Positions 46,882 through 56,174 of a DNA stretch of 64,000 nt are shown here, piece after piece. The stretch covers positions 70,384 through 134,383 of the forward strand of contig JAKLIG010000003.1 in NCBI GenBank assembly GCA_022709735.1, written 5' to 3'. The notes beneath the pieces were generated by a model, which saw nothing but the letters and a program-made list of their open reading frames with translations, was not told where the DNA came from and made no database searches. Both the position numbers and the translations under genes were made by a program. This stretch comes from Patescibacteria group bacterium. GTDB lineage: Bacteria > Patescibacteriota > Minisyncoccia > Moranbacterales > UBA2206. Positions within the stretch are counted from its first letter, which is position 1; every line of letters begins with the position of its first letter.

Positions 46882-46970
46882 TTTACGAACTACGAAACGA
46901 CCGAATTACGAAACGCTTAAGCCACCCTTTCGTACTTTCGTATTTCGTATTTTTTTCGTATTTCGTAAAA
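46882..46970. repeat. ~88-bp TIR-bounded intergenic element (TTTACGAACTACGAAA ... TTTCGTATTTCGTAAAAC)
   Basis: It is one of three full-length copies and exactly fills the spacer between the acs stop and the response-regulator start. Confidence 0.6.
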
Positions 46971-46971
46971 C

Positions 46972-49029
46972 TTAAATAATTATTTTAACATCCACGGCAG
47001 TCGCCTCCTGACCATTATTATAAACAAATAGCGGGTTTATATCAAACTCGCAAATTTCCGGAATTTCCAGCGATAGCGCGCCAATTCCCATAAGAATTCT
47101 GGCTGTTTCTTCCAAATTATATTTCCTTTGCCCGCGAACGCCTTGGAATAAAAATTTAATTTTTCCTTCTGTCAAAGATTTTTCCGTTTCACCTAAATTC
47201 AACGGTGGCACAAGATAGTCCACTGTTTTCAGAAATTCCGCATAAATTCCACCCAAACCATAAACCACGACCGGTCCAAAAATTTCATCTTTTTTTATCC
47301 CAACTATAAGTTCCATTCCTTTTTCTGCCATTGGTTGGATTATAAATTTGCTTCCCGGAAAGCTTGTATGCATTCTGGATATAGCCTTAGAAAGTTCTGA
47401 TTCATCTTTGATGCCCAAAATCAAACCATTCTTATCGGTTTTATGCAAAATTTTGTCGCTATCAATTTTGAGTGCCACTGGATACCGAAAAGTTCTTTCC
47501 CGATAATTTTGAATTTCAAAACTTTCCACTGTAGAAATTCCGTATAATTTCATAACCTCCGCGCTTTCTTCAAAATATAGCGCTTGGCGATTTTCTGATT
47601 TGGCACGCTTTATTATTTCTAAAACTTTTTCTTGCCTTTTTTTATTGATTATCTGTGCTTCGCTTTTTATTTTTAAATTCTTAGATTCGCTCCATTTATA
47701 ATATTCGTCAATCGCCAAAACTGCGCTGTCAGGAAAATTAAAATTACATATTCCACTTTGTTTTAGCTTTGCAATTCCCTTTTCCACTTTCTCTCCGCCC
47801 AAAAAAACTGTCGAAATTATCTTGTCAGTTTTTTCTTTGAATTTTATTATCTCCGAAGCAATTTTAAGAACTGGCGTTTGCTCTTGTGGAGTAAGCAGAC
47901 AAATGACTGAACCGATTTCTTCGACTTTGGAAATTATTTCCAAAACATTTCTGTATCGATCAGCTGTGGCGTCACCCAAAAGATCAATCGGATTTTCCAC
48001 TGATGATTCCAGCGGAAGAATTTCTCGCAATTTATTTTTTGTTTCTTCGTCAAAATTTGCCATCTGTATATTTTTTCCAGAAAAAGCATCAGAAGCCAAA
48101 ACTCCCGCTCCGCCGGCGTTCGTTATAACCGCCACTTTTTGGTTGGGGAATGTTTCAGAAAAACTAATAAGACTTAGTAGATTGAAAAATTCTCCCAAAT
48201 TTTCTGCCCGAATTATTCCAGCTTTTTTTAAAACTGCCGAAACAATTTCGTCATCGCCGGCAAGCGCCCCAGTATGCGAGCTGATGGCTTTTTGCGTTTT
48301 TTCATTTTTTCCCGCCTTGAGAATAACCACTGGCTTAACACGAGAGACATTTCCAACAATTTCAACAAATTTTTTTCCACCTTTTATTCCTTCAAGATAC
48401 ATTCCAATCACTTTCGTATTTTCGTCTTTCGCTAAATATTCGAGCATTTCTTCTTCCGCAATTTGCATTTTGTTCCCGACAGAAACAATGTTGGAAAATT
48501 TCAATCCTTCTTTTTTTGCTTTGTCCATAAGCGCTACCGCGAGAGCTCCCGATTGCGAAACAAAAGAAATGTTTCCGGCTTCCGGCATCCCGCCGGCAAA
48601 AGAAGCGTTGAGCTTGAGGCTTGGAATAATAAATCCCAAACAATTCGGTCCCAAAATATTCAAATCATTTTCTTTGGCAATTTTCGCCAAGTCTTCTTCC
48701 TGCTTTCTTCCTTCTTTGCCAATTTCAGAAAACCCCGCCGAAATCACAATATAGTTTTTTATTTTTTCGGCATTGTTTTTTATTTCTTGATTTACAAACT
48801 TCGCCGGTATGGCAATAATCGCCAAATCAACTTCTTTTTCAATTTCATTTAAAGATTTATGACATTTCTTCCCAAAAATTTCATCGTATTTCGGATTCAC
48901 TAAAAAAACTTCGCCTTGATATCCAAGCTCGATTATATTTTTTGCAATCACATTGCCAATCTTGCCTTCTTCTGATGAAGCCCCGACAACCGCGATTGAT
49001 TTAGGATTAAAAAGTTTTTCTAAGTTCAT
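46972..49029 (-). CDS. acetyl-CoA synthetase (ADP-forming), fused alpha/beta subunits
   Basis: It has an N-terminal CoA-binding domain (IAVVGASSEEGKIGN), succinyl-CoA-synthetase-like domains and a C-terminal ATP-grasp. The product is 685 aa. Confidence 0.8.
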   Translation of the reverse strand: MNLEKLFNPKSIAVVGASSEEGKIGNVIAKNIIELGYQGEVFLVNPKYDEIFGKKCHKSLNEIEKEVDLAIIAIPAKFVNQEIKNNAEKIKNYIVISAGFSEIGKEGRKQEEDLAKIAKENDLNILGPNCLGFIIPSLKLNASFAGGMPEAGNISFVSQSGALAVALMDKAKKEGLKFSNIVSVGNKMQIAEEEMLEYLAKDENTKVIGMYLEGIKGGKKFVEIVGNVSRVKPVVILKAGKNEKTQKAISSHTGALAGDDEIVSAVLKKAGIIRAENLGEFFNLLSLISFSETFPNQKVAVITNAGGAGVLASDAFSGKNIQMANFDEETKNKLREILPLESSVENPIDLLGDATADRYRNVLEIISKVEEIGSVICLLTPQEQTPVLKIASEIIKFKEKTDKIISTVFLGGEKVEKGIAKLKQSGICNFNFPDSAVLAIDEYYKWSESKNLKIKSEAQIINKKRQEKVLEIIKRAKSENRQALYFEESAEVMKLYGISTVESFEIQNYRERTFRYPVALKIDSDKILHKTDKNGLILGIKDESELSKAISRMHTSFPGSKFIIQPMAEKGMELIVGIKKDEIFGPVVVYGLGGIYAEFLKTVDYLVPPLNLGETEKSLTEGKIKFLFQGVRGQRKYNLEETARILMGIGALSLEIPEICEFDINPLFVYNNGQEATAVDVKIII

Positions 49030-49074
49030 CTTTTTGTTTTAATTTATTTTCTATAACAATTACTAGCCTATTAA

Positions 49075-49104
49075 CATTCTCATATTCTGCAGAATGTGAG
49101 AATG
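49075..49104. promoter_or_regulatory. 30-bp palindrome CATTCTCATATTCTGCAGAATGTGAGAATG (candidate operator), copy B
   Basis: It is the exact reverse complement of copy A (19017-19046) and lies 45 bp upstream of the acs ATG. Confidence 0.5.
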
Positions 49105-49112
49105 TTCTTTTT

Positions 49113-50102
49113 CTATGAAATTTCTTCTTCCTTTAAGAGTCCCTTTACTGCTCCGAAATTTTTGATTGCGCTGGCGCTGTTTTCAATGCCCCATTTCAAA
49201 CATTCTCCTAAATTTTTTCCTTTGAGATGCGCCGAAATAAATCCACTAGAAAACGCGTCGCCGGCTCCCAAGGTGTCCGCCACTTTTTCTTTTTTGGCTT
49301 CAACATGCAAAAATTCTTTTCCATCAAATCCCCACGCGCCTCTCTGCCCATCTGTAAGAGCAATGATTTTAGCGCCTAATCTATTCAATTTTTCCGCTAA
49401 AAATTTCTCGTCATTAATCATCTCATTATTTGAGTCGTCTAATTTATCCACTATCTCAATCGCTTCGTCTTTGTTGATTATTAGCATTTCTGATTGACGG
49501 ATAGCTTCAATCACTTTCTCCTGATTGTTTTTGATATTTTTTTGTCCCGGATTAAAAATTAATTTTATGTTTTCCTCTGAAATTAAATTCAAAATCTTAT
49601 CCAGTTTTTTGTCCCAACTTTCGTCCACATTCCCATTGAGCGAACTTAGGAAAATCCACTGAGCGCCAATTTTCTTAATTTCCTCCGGAATTATTTCCAG
49701 CTTTTCATTGGAATCGCGATCAGAAAAAATTATCCGGTCTTCGCTCGGAATATGCGCCACAATCGCCGAAAGATCACTCTTGTGATTTTTCCCCACTTGC
49801 ACTAAATCAGTTTTGACGCCGTTTGTTTCCAATTCTTTTTTGAGCCATTTTCCTGCATCGTCATCGCCCAATCTTGTAGCACAATATGTTTCAACTCCAA
49901 GACGCGCGAGTCCTGAGGCGACATTAGCCGCACAACCGCCAATGGACTCGTGGCGCTCCTCAAGAACTTGATATTTGGCGCCAAGTTCAAAAACAATTTT
50001 TTTCTGTGCTTCCAAATCTTCCGGTGTTTCCTTGACTTCCCCTTCACTGATTGGAAAAATTATATCTTTCGCCGACGAACCTAAACATATTATTTTTGTC
50101 AT
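49113..50102 (-). CDS. PfkB-family carbohydrate kinase (ribokinase-like)
   Basis: It has the C-terminal DTLGAGDAF signature and N-terminal GG motifs. Confidence 0.75.
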   Translation of the reverse strand: MTKIICLGSSAKDIIFPISEGEVKETPEDLEAQKKIVFELGAKYQVLEERHESIGGCAANVASGLARLGVETYCATRLGDDDAGKWLKKELETNGVKTDLVQVGKNHKSDLSAIVAHIPSEDRIIFSDRDSNEKLEIIPEEIKKIGAQWIFLSSLNGNVDESWDKKLDKILNLISEENIKLIFNPGQKNIKNNQEKVIEAIRQSEMLIINKDEAIEIVDKLDDSNNEMINDEKFLAEKLNRLGAKIIALTDGQRGAWGFDGKEFLHVEAKKEKVADTLGAGDAFSSGFISAHLKGKNLGECLKWGIENSASAIKNFGAVKGLLKEEEIS

Positions 50103-50121
50103 AAAATTATTTTTAATTTAA

Positions 50122-51681
50122 TTATTTCAAGAGTGATTCCTTTTCCATCACTTTAGGTTTTTCAATATTCAAAATATCTAAAATCGTCGGCGCGATGTTG
50201 CCTAAGATTCCATCTCCTTTTAGTTTAGCATTTTTAAATTTTTCGCCAATCAGTAGAAATGGCACTGGATTTTTGGTGTGGAAAGTATAGGGTTGATTGG
50301 CTTTTTCATCAAACATTTTTTCTGCATTGCCATGATCAGCGGTAATTATCAAATTTCCTCCGCGTTTCAAAACTTCCGCGGAAAGAATTTCAATTTGCTG
50401 GTCTAAAATTTCACAAGCTTTGACAGTCGCCATGAGATCTCCCGTATGCCCGACCATATCTGCGTTGGCAAAATTAACCGCATAAAAATCGTATTTATTT
50501 TTCTGCATTTTTTCCAAGAGAGTGCTCGTAATTTTCGGCGCTGACATTTGTGGCATCTTGGCATAAGAATCAATTTTCGGTGAAGGAACCATAATCCGAT
50601 TCTCATCATCCACCGGATCGGCATATCCGCCATTTATAAAATATGTGATATGGGCGAATTTTTCCGTTTCCGCAATATAAAGCTGTTTTATTTTTTTCCC
50701 AAGAGCCATCGGCAAAGTTCCTTGAAGTGGCTGGTCATCCCAAACTGTATGCACATCAAGATCTGGCCCGAAATCAGTAAGCGCCACAAAATATAAATTG
50801 TTAATGTGGTCAATTACCGGCATATCGTCATTAATGATAGAAGTTTTATTAGAAGCTACAAAAAGTTTTGCAAATTGCCTGGCCCGATCTGATCTTAGGT
50901 TGAAAAAAACCATACTGTCATTTTCTTTGAGCCTCACGATTGGAGCATCGTTTTCCAAAATTACTGTCGGCAAAATATATTCATCTGTTAAATTATTTTT
51001 ATAAGCATTTTTTATTGCTTCTTCCGGACTGTCAGCTTTTTCTCCTCTGACAAAAACCATTGCATCATAAGCGCGCGTAAGCCGATCCCAATTTTTTGCG
51101 CGATCCATTGCATAAAATCTCCCAGAAATCGTGGCAATTTTTCCAATTCCTATTTCAGATATTATTTTTTGAAAATACTTTAAATGTTCCAAAGCAGATT
51201 TCGGATAAGAATCGCGCCCGTCAGTAAAAAGATGACAATAAACTTCTTTGATTCCATTCTCTTTGGCTAATTTTAGAATTGCGCGAAAATGATCAGGATC
51301 GCTATGTGGGCTGTCAGAGTCTCCCATTAGTCCCATCAAATGAAAATTCCCTCCGCTTTTTTGGACATGGCGAATTGATCCTATAAGTGCCGGATTCATA
51401 AAAAAACTTCCATCCTTAATACTTTTGGTAATATAATAATTATCCTGAAAAGCAATTCGTCCCGCACCGATATTCATATGCCCGGATTCTGATCCGCTCA
51501 TCATATTGTCCGGCAGTCCCACATCTTTTCCGGTCGCACCTAACTGCGTACTTGGATAAAGCTCAAACAAGCGATCAATCGCCGGCTTTTTTGCCAAGGT
51601 TATTGCATTATATTTTCCCGCCTCGGCAATGCCATAACCATCTAATATCATCAGTAAGGTTGGACGCTTTATATTAGACAT
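50122..51681 (-). CDS. gpmI: 2,3-bisphosphoglycerate-independent phosphoglycerate mutase
   Basis: LMILDGYGI, the catalytic Ser region SGSESGHMN and a metal-binding C-domain are present. The start was moved to the internal MSNIKRP. Confidence 0.85.
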   Translation of the reverse strand: MSNIKRPTLLMILDGYGIAEAGKYNAITLAKKPAIDRLFELYPSTQLGATGKDVGLPDNMMSGSESGHMNIGAGRIAFQDNYYITKSIKDGSFFMNPALIGSIRHVQKSGGNFHLMGLMGDSDSPHSDPDHFRAILKLAKENGIKEVYCHLFTDGRDSYPKSALEHLKYFQKIISEIGIGKIATISGRFYAMDRAKNWDRLTRAYDAMVFVRGEKADSPEEAIKNAYKNNLTDEYILPTVILENDAPIVRLKENDSMVFFNLRSDRARQFAKLFVASNKTSIINDDMPVIDHINNLYFVALTDFGPDLDVHTVWDDQPLQGTLPMALGKKIKQLYIAETEKFAHITYFINGGYADPVDDENRIMVPSPKIDSYAKMPQMSAPKITSTLLEKMQKNKYDFYAVNFANADMVGHTGDLMATVKACEILDQQIEILSAEVLKRGGNLIITADHGNAEKMFDEKANQPYTFHTKNPVPFLLIGEKFKNAKLKGDGILGNIAPTILDILNIEKPKVMEKESLLK

Positions 51682-51810
51682 ATAATAAATTTTCAATTTA
51701 CAATAATCAATTTTCAACCAATTATCAATTCTCAATTATTTAGTTTTGTAAATTGAAAATTATCTCATTGAAAATTCATTGTAAATTGTAAATTGATAAT
51801 TGAAAATTTT

Positions 51811-53067
51811 TCACAACTCTTCTTCTATCCGAAGTAGCCTATTGTATTTGCAAATTCTTTCTCCTCTGGAAAGTGAACCGGATTTGATATAATCAGCGCC
51901 GGCGCCCACAGAAAGATCAGCAATAAAATCATCCGTTGTTTCTCCGCTTCGATGCGATACTACAACTTTCATTTTATTTTTCTTAGCTAATTTTATACAA
52001 TCCATTGTTTCCGTGAGTGTTCCAATTTGATTGACCTTGATCAAAACTGCATTGCAAGATTTTTCTTCTATCGCTTTTTTCAAACGCTTTACATTTGTTA
52101 CCAAGAGGTCATCTCCAATCAACATAATTTTTCCTCCAATTTTTTCATTCATCGCTCGCCAGCCGGAAAAATCATTTTCATTGAGGCCGTCTTCCACTGA
52201 AATAACATTATATTTTTCTATCCATTCGTTATAAATATTAACCAGCATTTCGCGAGTAAGCGTAGAATTTTCCGGCTTGAAAATATATTTTTCTTCTTTT
52301 TCGTCATAAAAAGAATTGGCAGCCGCATCTATTCCAATGCTGGCTTCTTTGCCATTTTTATATCCCGCTTTAGAAATCGCTGCATTAATCAGTTCCAGCG
52401 CATGAGCATTGCTTTCCAATTTTGGCGCAAAACCGCCTTCGTCTCCCACGGAAACACTATAGCCCTCACCGGAAAGTATTTCTGAAAGCGTATGAAAAAT
52501 TTCGCTACCAGCCCGAAGTTGTTCGCTGAATTTTTTTATTCCATTCGGCACTAATTTATATTCCTGGATTGAAAGTCCGCTATCGCTGTGCTTTCCGCCG
52601 TTTATGATATTAAACATCGGCGTTGGTATTTTATATTTTGTATATTTTATATTGTATATTTTCTTAATATACGCATAAAGTGGCAGATTATTTTCCGTGG
52701 CCGCTGCTCGACAAACAGCTAATGATACGCCAAGAATTGCATTCGCTCCAAGATTGGATTTATTTTCTGTAGAGTCCAGTTCTAACATTTTTTTGTCAAT
52801 TTCAGTTTGATTTTCCACTTCCATCCCCACTAAAATTTCAGAAATTTTTTCATTGACATTTGAAACAGCTTTTAGAACTCCCTGCCCAAGATAACGTTTT
52901 TCATCCTTATCTCTAAGTTCAAGCGCTTCATAAGCGCCAGTCGAAGCCCCGCTTGGCACTGCCGCACTTGCTTTTATTCCCGATTCCAATTCAACTTCCA
53001 CCTCCACCGTCGGATTTCCCCTCGAATCCAAAATTTCCCGCGCAAATATTTTTTTGATCTTTGACAT
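51811..53067 (-). CDS. eno: enolase
   Basis: It has the enolase N-terminus (IKKIFAREILDSRGNPTVEVEV) and C-terminal signatures. The start was moved to the internal Met. Confidence 0.95.
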   Translation of the reverse strand: MSKIKKIFAREILDSRGNPTVEVEVELESGIKASAAVPSGASTGAYEALELRDKDEKRYLGQGVLKAVSNVNEKISEILVGMEVENQTEIDKKMLELDSTENKSNLGANAILGVSLAVCRAAATENNLPLYAYIKKIYNIKYTKYKIPTPMFNIINGGKHSDSGLSIQEYKLVPNGIKKFSEQLRAGSEIFHTLSEILSGEGYSVSVGDEGGFAPKLESNAHALELINAAISKAGYKNGKEASIGIDAAANSFYDEKEEKYIFKPENSTLTREMLVNIYNEWIEKYNVISVEDGLNENDFSGWRAMNEKIGGKIMLIGDDLLVTNVKRLKKAIEEKSCNAVLIKVNQIGTLTETMDCIKLAKKNKMKVVVSHRSGETTDDFIADLSVGAGADYIKSGSLSRGERICKYNRLLRIEEEL

Positions 53068-53146
53068 ATTTGTTATATAAATATACGAATACAACGCATA
53101 TTTTAAATAAAATTTTATTTGAGTTAAGTTCTAATTTATAACCAAA

Positions 53147-53407
53147 CTATTTTTCAATTTTATCCATAAAATTCTTTTCCATCTTAATAACTTCGTCCAT
53201 TACCGCCATATCATTTTTTGACAAAGCTTCCAATTTTCTATCCAAAATCTTAATAAAATCAGAAACAAGATTTATGTCTTTAGATAAAACTCCCGCAACA
53301 TATTCCTGAATGTTATCTTCTATTTTTACTAGAACTTTTTCATATTTTTCAAGTTGTTTTTCGGAAACTTTATTTTTTAAAAAAAGTGTTTTTAATTTTA
53401 TATTCAT
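53147..53407 (-). CDS. hypothetical protein
   Basis: 86-aa ORF between eno and pgk. Confidence 0.35.
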   Translation of the reverse strand: MNIKLKTLFLKNKVSEKQLEKYEKVLVKIEDNIQEYVAGVLSKDINLVSDFIKILDRKLEALSKNDMAVMDEVIKMEKNFMDKIEK

Positions 53408-53434
53408 TTTTATTATTTTAAATTATTAATTTAT

Positions 53435-53815
53435 TTATTTAGTTAGTTCTGTTTCTTCTAAATTTCCAGCTTTTTTTATTTCCTGATCACCTATCGATAA
53501 GGCTACTCCGTTATAATTTTCTAGTTTTTGACTGCCAATATTCATCGCAATTCCCATCGAATCCTTAATTTCTTGCTCTCCAATTGACATGGCAATACCA
53601 TGGAAATTATTAATCTTCTGAACACCGATATTCATGGCACATCCCTCACAAATATACAACGATGATAAAAGAAGAAATCCAGCAATTATTCTGCCTTTTC
53701 CTGTTCTAGCATGTTCAAATAAACTTTTTTCCGCACCAATTCTTTCTTTTATGCTATCTTCAGCATTTTCTTGTCGAGGTTTTTCAAAAATTCCCATATT
53801 TTTACATTTTGACAC
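53435..53815 (-). CDS. hypothetical small membrane protein with three tandem ~19-aa repeats
   Basis: Repeats of the form AMNIGVQKINNFHGI / AMSIGEQEIKDSMGI / AMNIGSQKLENYNGV / ALSIGDQEIKK follow one TM helix. Confidence 0.4.
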   Translation of the reverse strand: MSKCKNMGIFEKPRQENAEDSIKERIGAEKSLFEHARTGKGRIIAGFLLLSSLYICEGCAMNIGVQKINNFHGIAMSIGEQEIKDSMGIAMNIGSQKLENYNGVALSIGDQEIKKAGNLEETELTK

Positions 53816-53867
53816 TTGATAAAAAATTTAGCACATTTTTTCAAGTATCTAAAATAATTAATTTAAA

Positions 53868-54959
53868 CTAATCCATTAAACAAAGAACACCTGGCATTTT
53901 TCCTCCCGCTAAATATTCAAGCATCGCTCCTCCACCAGTCGAAACAAAACTTATCCTATCCATTGCATTATTTTTTTCCAAAATTTCCAGCGTTTCTCCT
54001 CCGCCGACTACTGTGTATGCGCCGGATGCTAAAACAGATTTCAATATTTCATTGGAACTAACGGCATATTTTTCTTCTTCAAATTTTCCAGTCGGCCCGT
54101 TCCAAACAATTGTTTTAGCGCTAGAAATTATTTCTTTGAATTTTTTGAGCGTTTCTGGTCCGATATCCAAACGGCTTGCCCCGTGGTCCGACGCAAAGTC
54201 GGACTTTACGGGGTCATCTACAAAATCAAAAGGCAAAATTACTTTCTCACTAAATTGCGTTTTTTGGTCTAGCGCTTCATTGGCAATTTTCCCGCCGACT
54301 AAAATATAGTCGTATTTTTCTTCAAAAAATTTAATCACCGGCAATTTCGTTTCAATTTTCGCACCACCGATGATTGCCACTGCCGGACGCGCAAAATCAT
54401 TTTTTATTTTTTCCATCTCTGAAACTTCTTTTTGCATTAAAAGTCCAGCATAGCTTGGAATAAATTTTGGTATGCCAGCAATTGAAGCTTGATTTCTATG
54501 TGATTGACTAAATGCATCATTAACAAAAATATCAAAATTCTCCGCTAATTTTTTGGCAAATTCTTCATCATATTCTTTCCCTGTTTCAACATCACCTTCG
54601 CCCGGATAAAATCTGACATTTTCCAAAAGCGCTATTTCTCCATCCTTTAATTTATCCATTGCTTCTGCAACTTTTTCCCCAATACAATCCGAAACAAAAA
54701 TTATTTTATAGCCTAAAATATTTTCAACATCATCCTTTATCTGACTGACAGAGAATTTCATATCTCTTTCTCCTTTTGGACGTCCAAGCCAAGTCATCAA
54801 AGCCACTTTAGCTTTTTTATTCATGAGATAATCAGTTGCTTCTTTTATTGTTTCAATTTTAAATTTTTCTTTAGCATGTCCGTCTTCGATTGAAACATCT
54901 ACTCCAACGCGAAAAATTACTTTTTTATTTTCGACGCTAGTATCTTGTATCTTTCTCAT
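53868..54959 (-). CDS. pgk: phosphoglycerate kinase
   Basis: It has the PGK N-domain and C-domain signatures (GGGAMLEYLAGGKMPGV). A surface-loop codon stretch is encoded by a GC-rich hairpin cassette (see findings). Confidence 0.9.
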   Translation of the reverse strand: MRKIQDTSVENKKVIFRVGVDVSIEDGHAKEKFKIETIKEATDYLMNKKAKVALMTWLGRPKGERDMKFSVSQIKDDVENILGYKIIFVSDCIGEKVAEAMDKLKDGEIALLENVRFYPGEGDVETGKEYDEEFAKKLAENFDIFVNDAFSQSHRNQASIAGIPKFIPSYAGLLMQKEVSEMEKIKNDFARPAVAIIGGAKIETKLPVIKFFEEKYDYILVGGKIANEALDQKTQFSEKVILPFDFVDDPVKSDFASDHGASRLDIGPETLKKFKEIISSAKTIVWNGPTGKFEEEKYAVSSNEILKSVLASGAYTVVGGGETLEILEKNNAMDRISFVSTGGGAMLEYLAGGKMPGVLCLMD

Positions 54960-54968
54960 AATTCTTTA

Positions 54969-55055
54969 TTTACGAACTACGAAATTAGCGAAATACGAAA
55001 CATTTAAACTCCTTTTTCGTACTTTCGTATTTAGTATTTATTTCGTAGTTCGTAA
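54969..55055. repeat. ~88-bp TIR-bounded intergenic element
   Basis: TTTACGAACTACGAAAT...TTTCGTAGTTCGTAA fills the spacer between the mraY stop and the pgk start. Confidence 0.6.
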
Positions 55056-55061
55056 TGTAAT

Positions 55062-56171
55062 TTAATGAAAATGTTTTCCTGCTCCTAAAATTCCAACGAT
55101 CACCCCAATCATAGCGGTAATTGCCGTAAATATCCAAAATCGCATTGTTACTTTAGTTTCCGGCCAGCCAATAGCTTCAAAATGATGATGAATCGGCGTG
55201 GATAAAAATATTTTTCTTTTAAAAAACTTCTTACTAGTAAGCTGAATTGCCACCGAGCCGGATTCAATAACATAAATAAAAACAATGATGAGCAAAACTA
55301 GAGCGGAATTAGTAAGCATTGCGACTATTCCCAAAGTTATTCCAAGCGACACTGCTCCAGTGTCTCCCATGAAAAATCTGGCCGGATAAACATTGAACCA
55401 AAGAAAAGCCAAGAGTGCGCCGGCAATGGCTGCACAAAAAGAAGCCAGATCCATTTTATTTTGGGAAAAGGAAATCAGCGTGAATGATCCAAATGCCATA
55501 AGCAACACTCCGCCATTAAGGCCGTCCAGCCCGTCTGTTTCATTGGAAGAAATGGCCGTGAAAAGAATAATAAAAATAAAAAGCGGGATATACCAAAGTC
55601 CGATGGAAAAATCACCCATCGCCGGAATATGAATTTTGTCCCAGCCTAATTTATAATAAAACCACCAGGCGCCAAGAATTGAAATCACAATTAACCAGCC
55701 GAAGCGCGCCAAAAATCTCATTCCGCCTCCCTTATTTTTTCCAATTCCTCGAACACTCATATAATCATCGCAAAGACCGAGAACTCCGGCCGACAAAAGT
55801 GCAAAAAGCGGAAGCCAGGTTTGTGACCGGCTAAAAAAATCAAGTCGAGCGATAAAATCAGTCTTGAAAAATTGAGCGATATAATGAAAAAGATAATGGG
55901 AAGCAAAAATCAAAATAGCTATTGAAAACCAAATTAAAACTCCGCCCATAATCGGCGTGCCGGATTTGTGTCGATGGAGATTATTGACATAAGTAAGTTT
56001 TTCTCCGTCAACAGATTTTTCTTTTATTTTTATTCCGATTTTATATTTATAAAGTATGTGCGTCCAAAGCGGAGTCAAAGCAAATGCTAAAACAAAAGCT
56101 AAAAAACCAGTAGTAAGAATTTTCATCACATTTATGACATCGGGGATAGTTTGTATTTGAGAGATATTCAT
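55062..56171 (-). CDS. mraY: phospho-N-acetylmuramoyl-pentapeptide transferase
   Basis: It has 10 predicted TM helices, the cytoplasmic-loop motif GLCDDYMSV and PIHHHFEAIGW. Confidence 0.8.
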   Translation of the reverse strand: MNISQIQTIPDVINVMKILTTGFLAFVLAFALTPLWTHILYKYKIGIKIKEKSVDGEKLTYVNNLHRHKSGTPIMGGVLIWFSIAILIFASHYLFHYIAQFFKTDFIARLDFFSRSQTWLPLFALLSAGVLGLCDDYMSVRGIGKNKGGGMRFLARFGWLIVISILGAWWFYYKLGWDKIHIPAMGDFSIGLWYIPLFIFIILFTAISSNETDGLDGLNGGVLLMAFGSFTLISFSQNKMDLASFCAAIAGALLAFLWFNVYPARFFMGDTGAVSLGITLGIVAMLTNSALVLLIIVFIYVIESGSVAIQLTSKKFFKRKIFLSTPIHHHFEAIGWPETKVTMRFWIFTAITAMIGVIVGILGAGKHFH

Positions 56172-56174
56172 AAT

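Noticed and set aside
53868-54959. The pgk hairpin cassette as an insertion that lengthens the protein
   Set aside because: The loop between the conserved F..V and LDIGP is not longer here (16 aa) than in E. coli or Thermotoga PGK (24-26 aa). The cassette therefore replaces rather than adds residues. It is kept only as a shared nucleotide motif.
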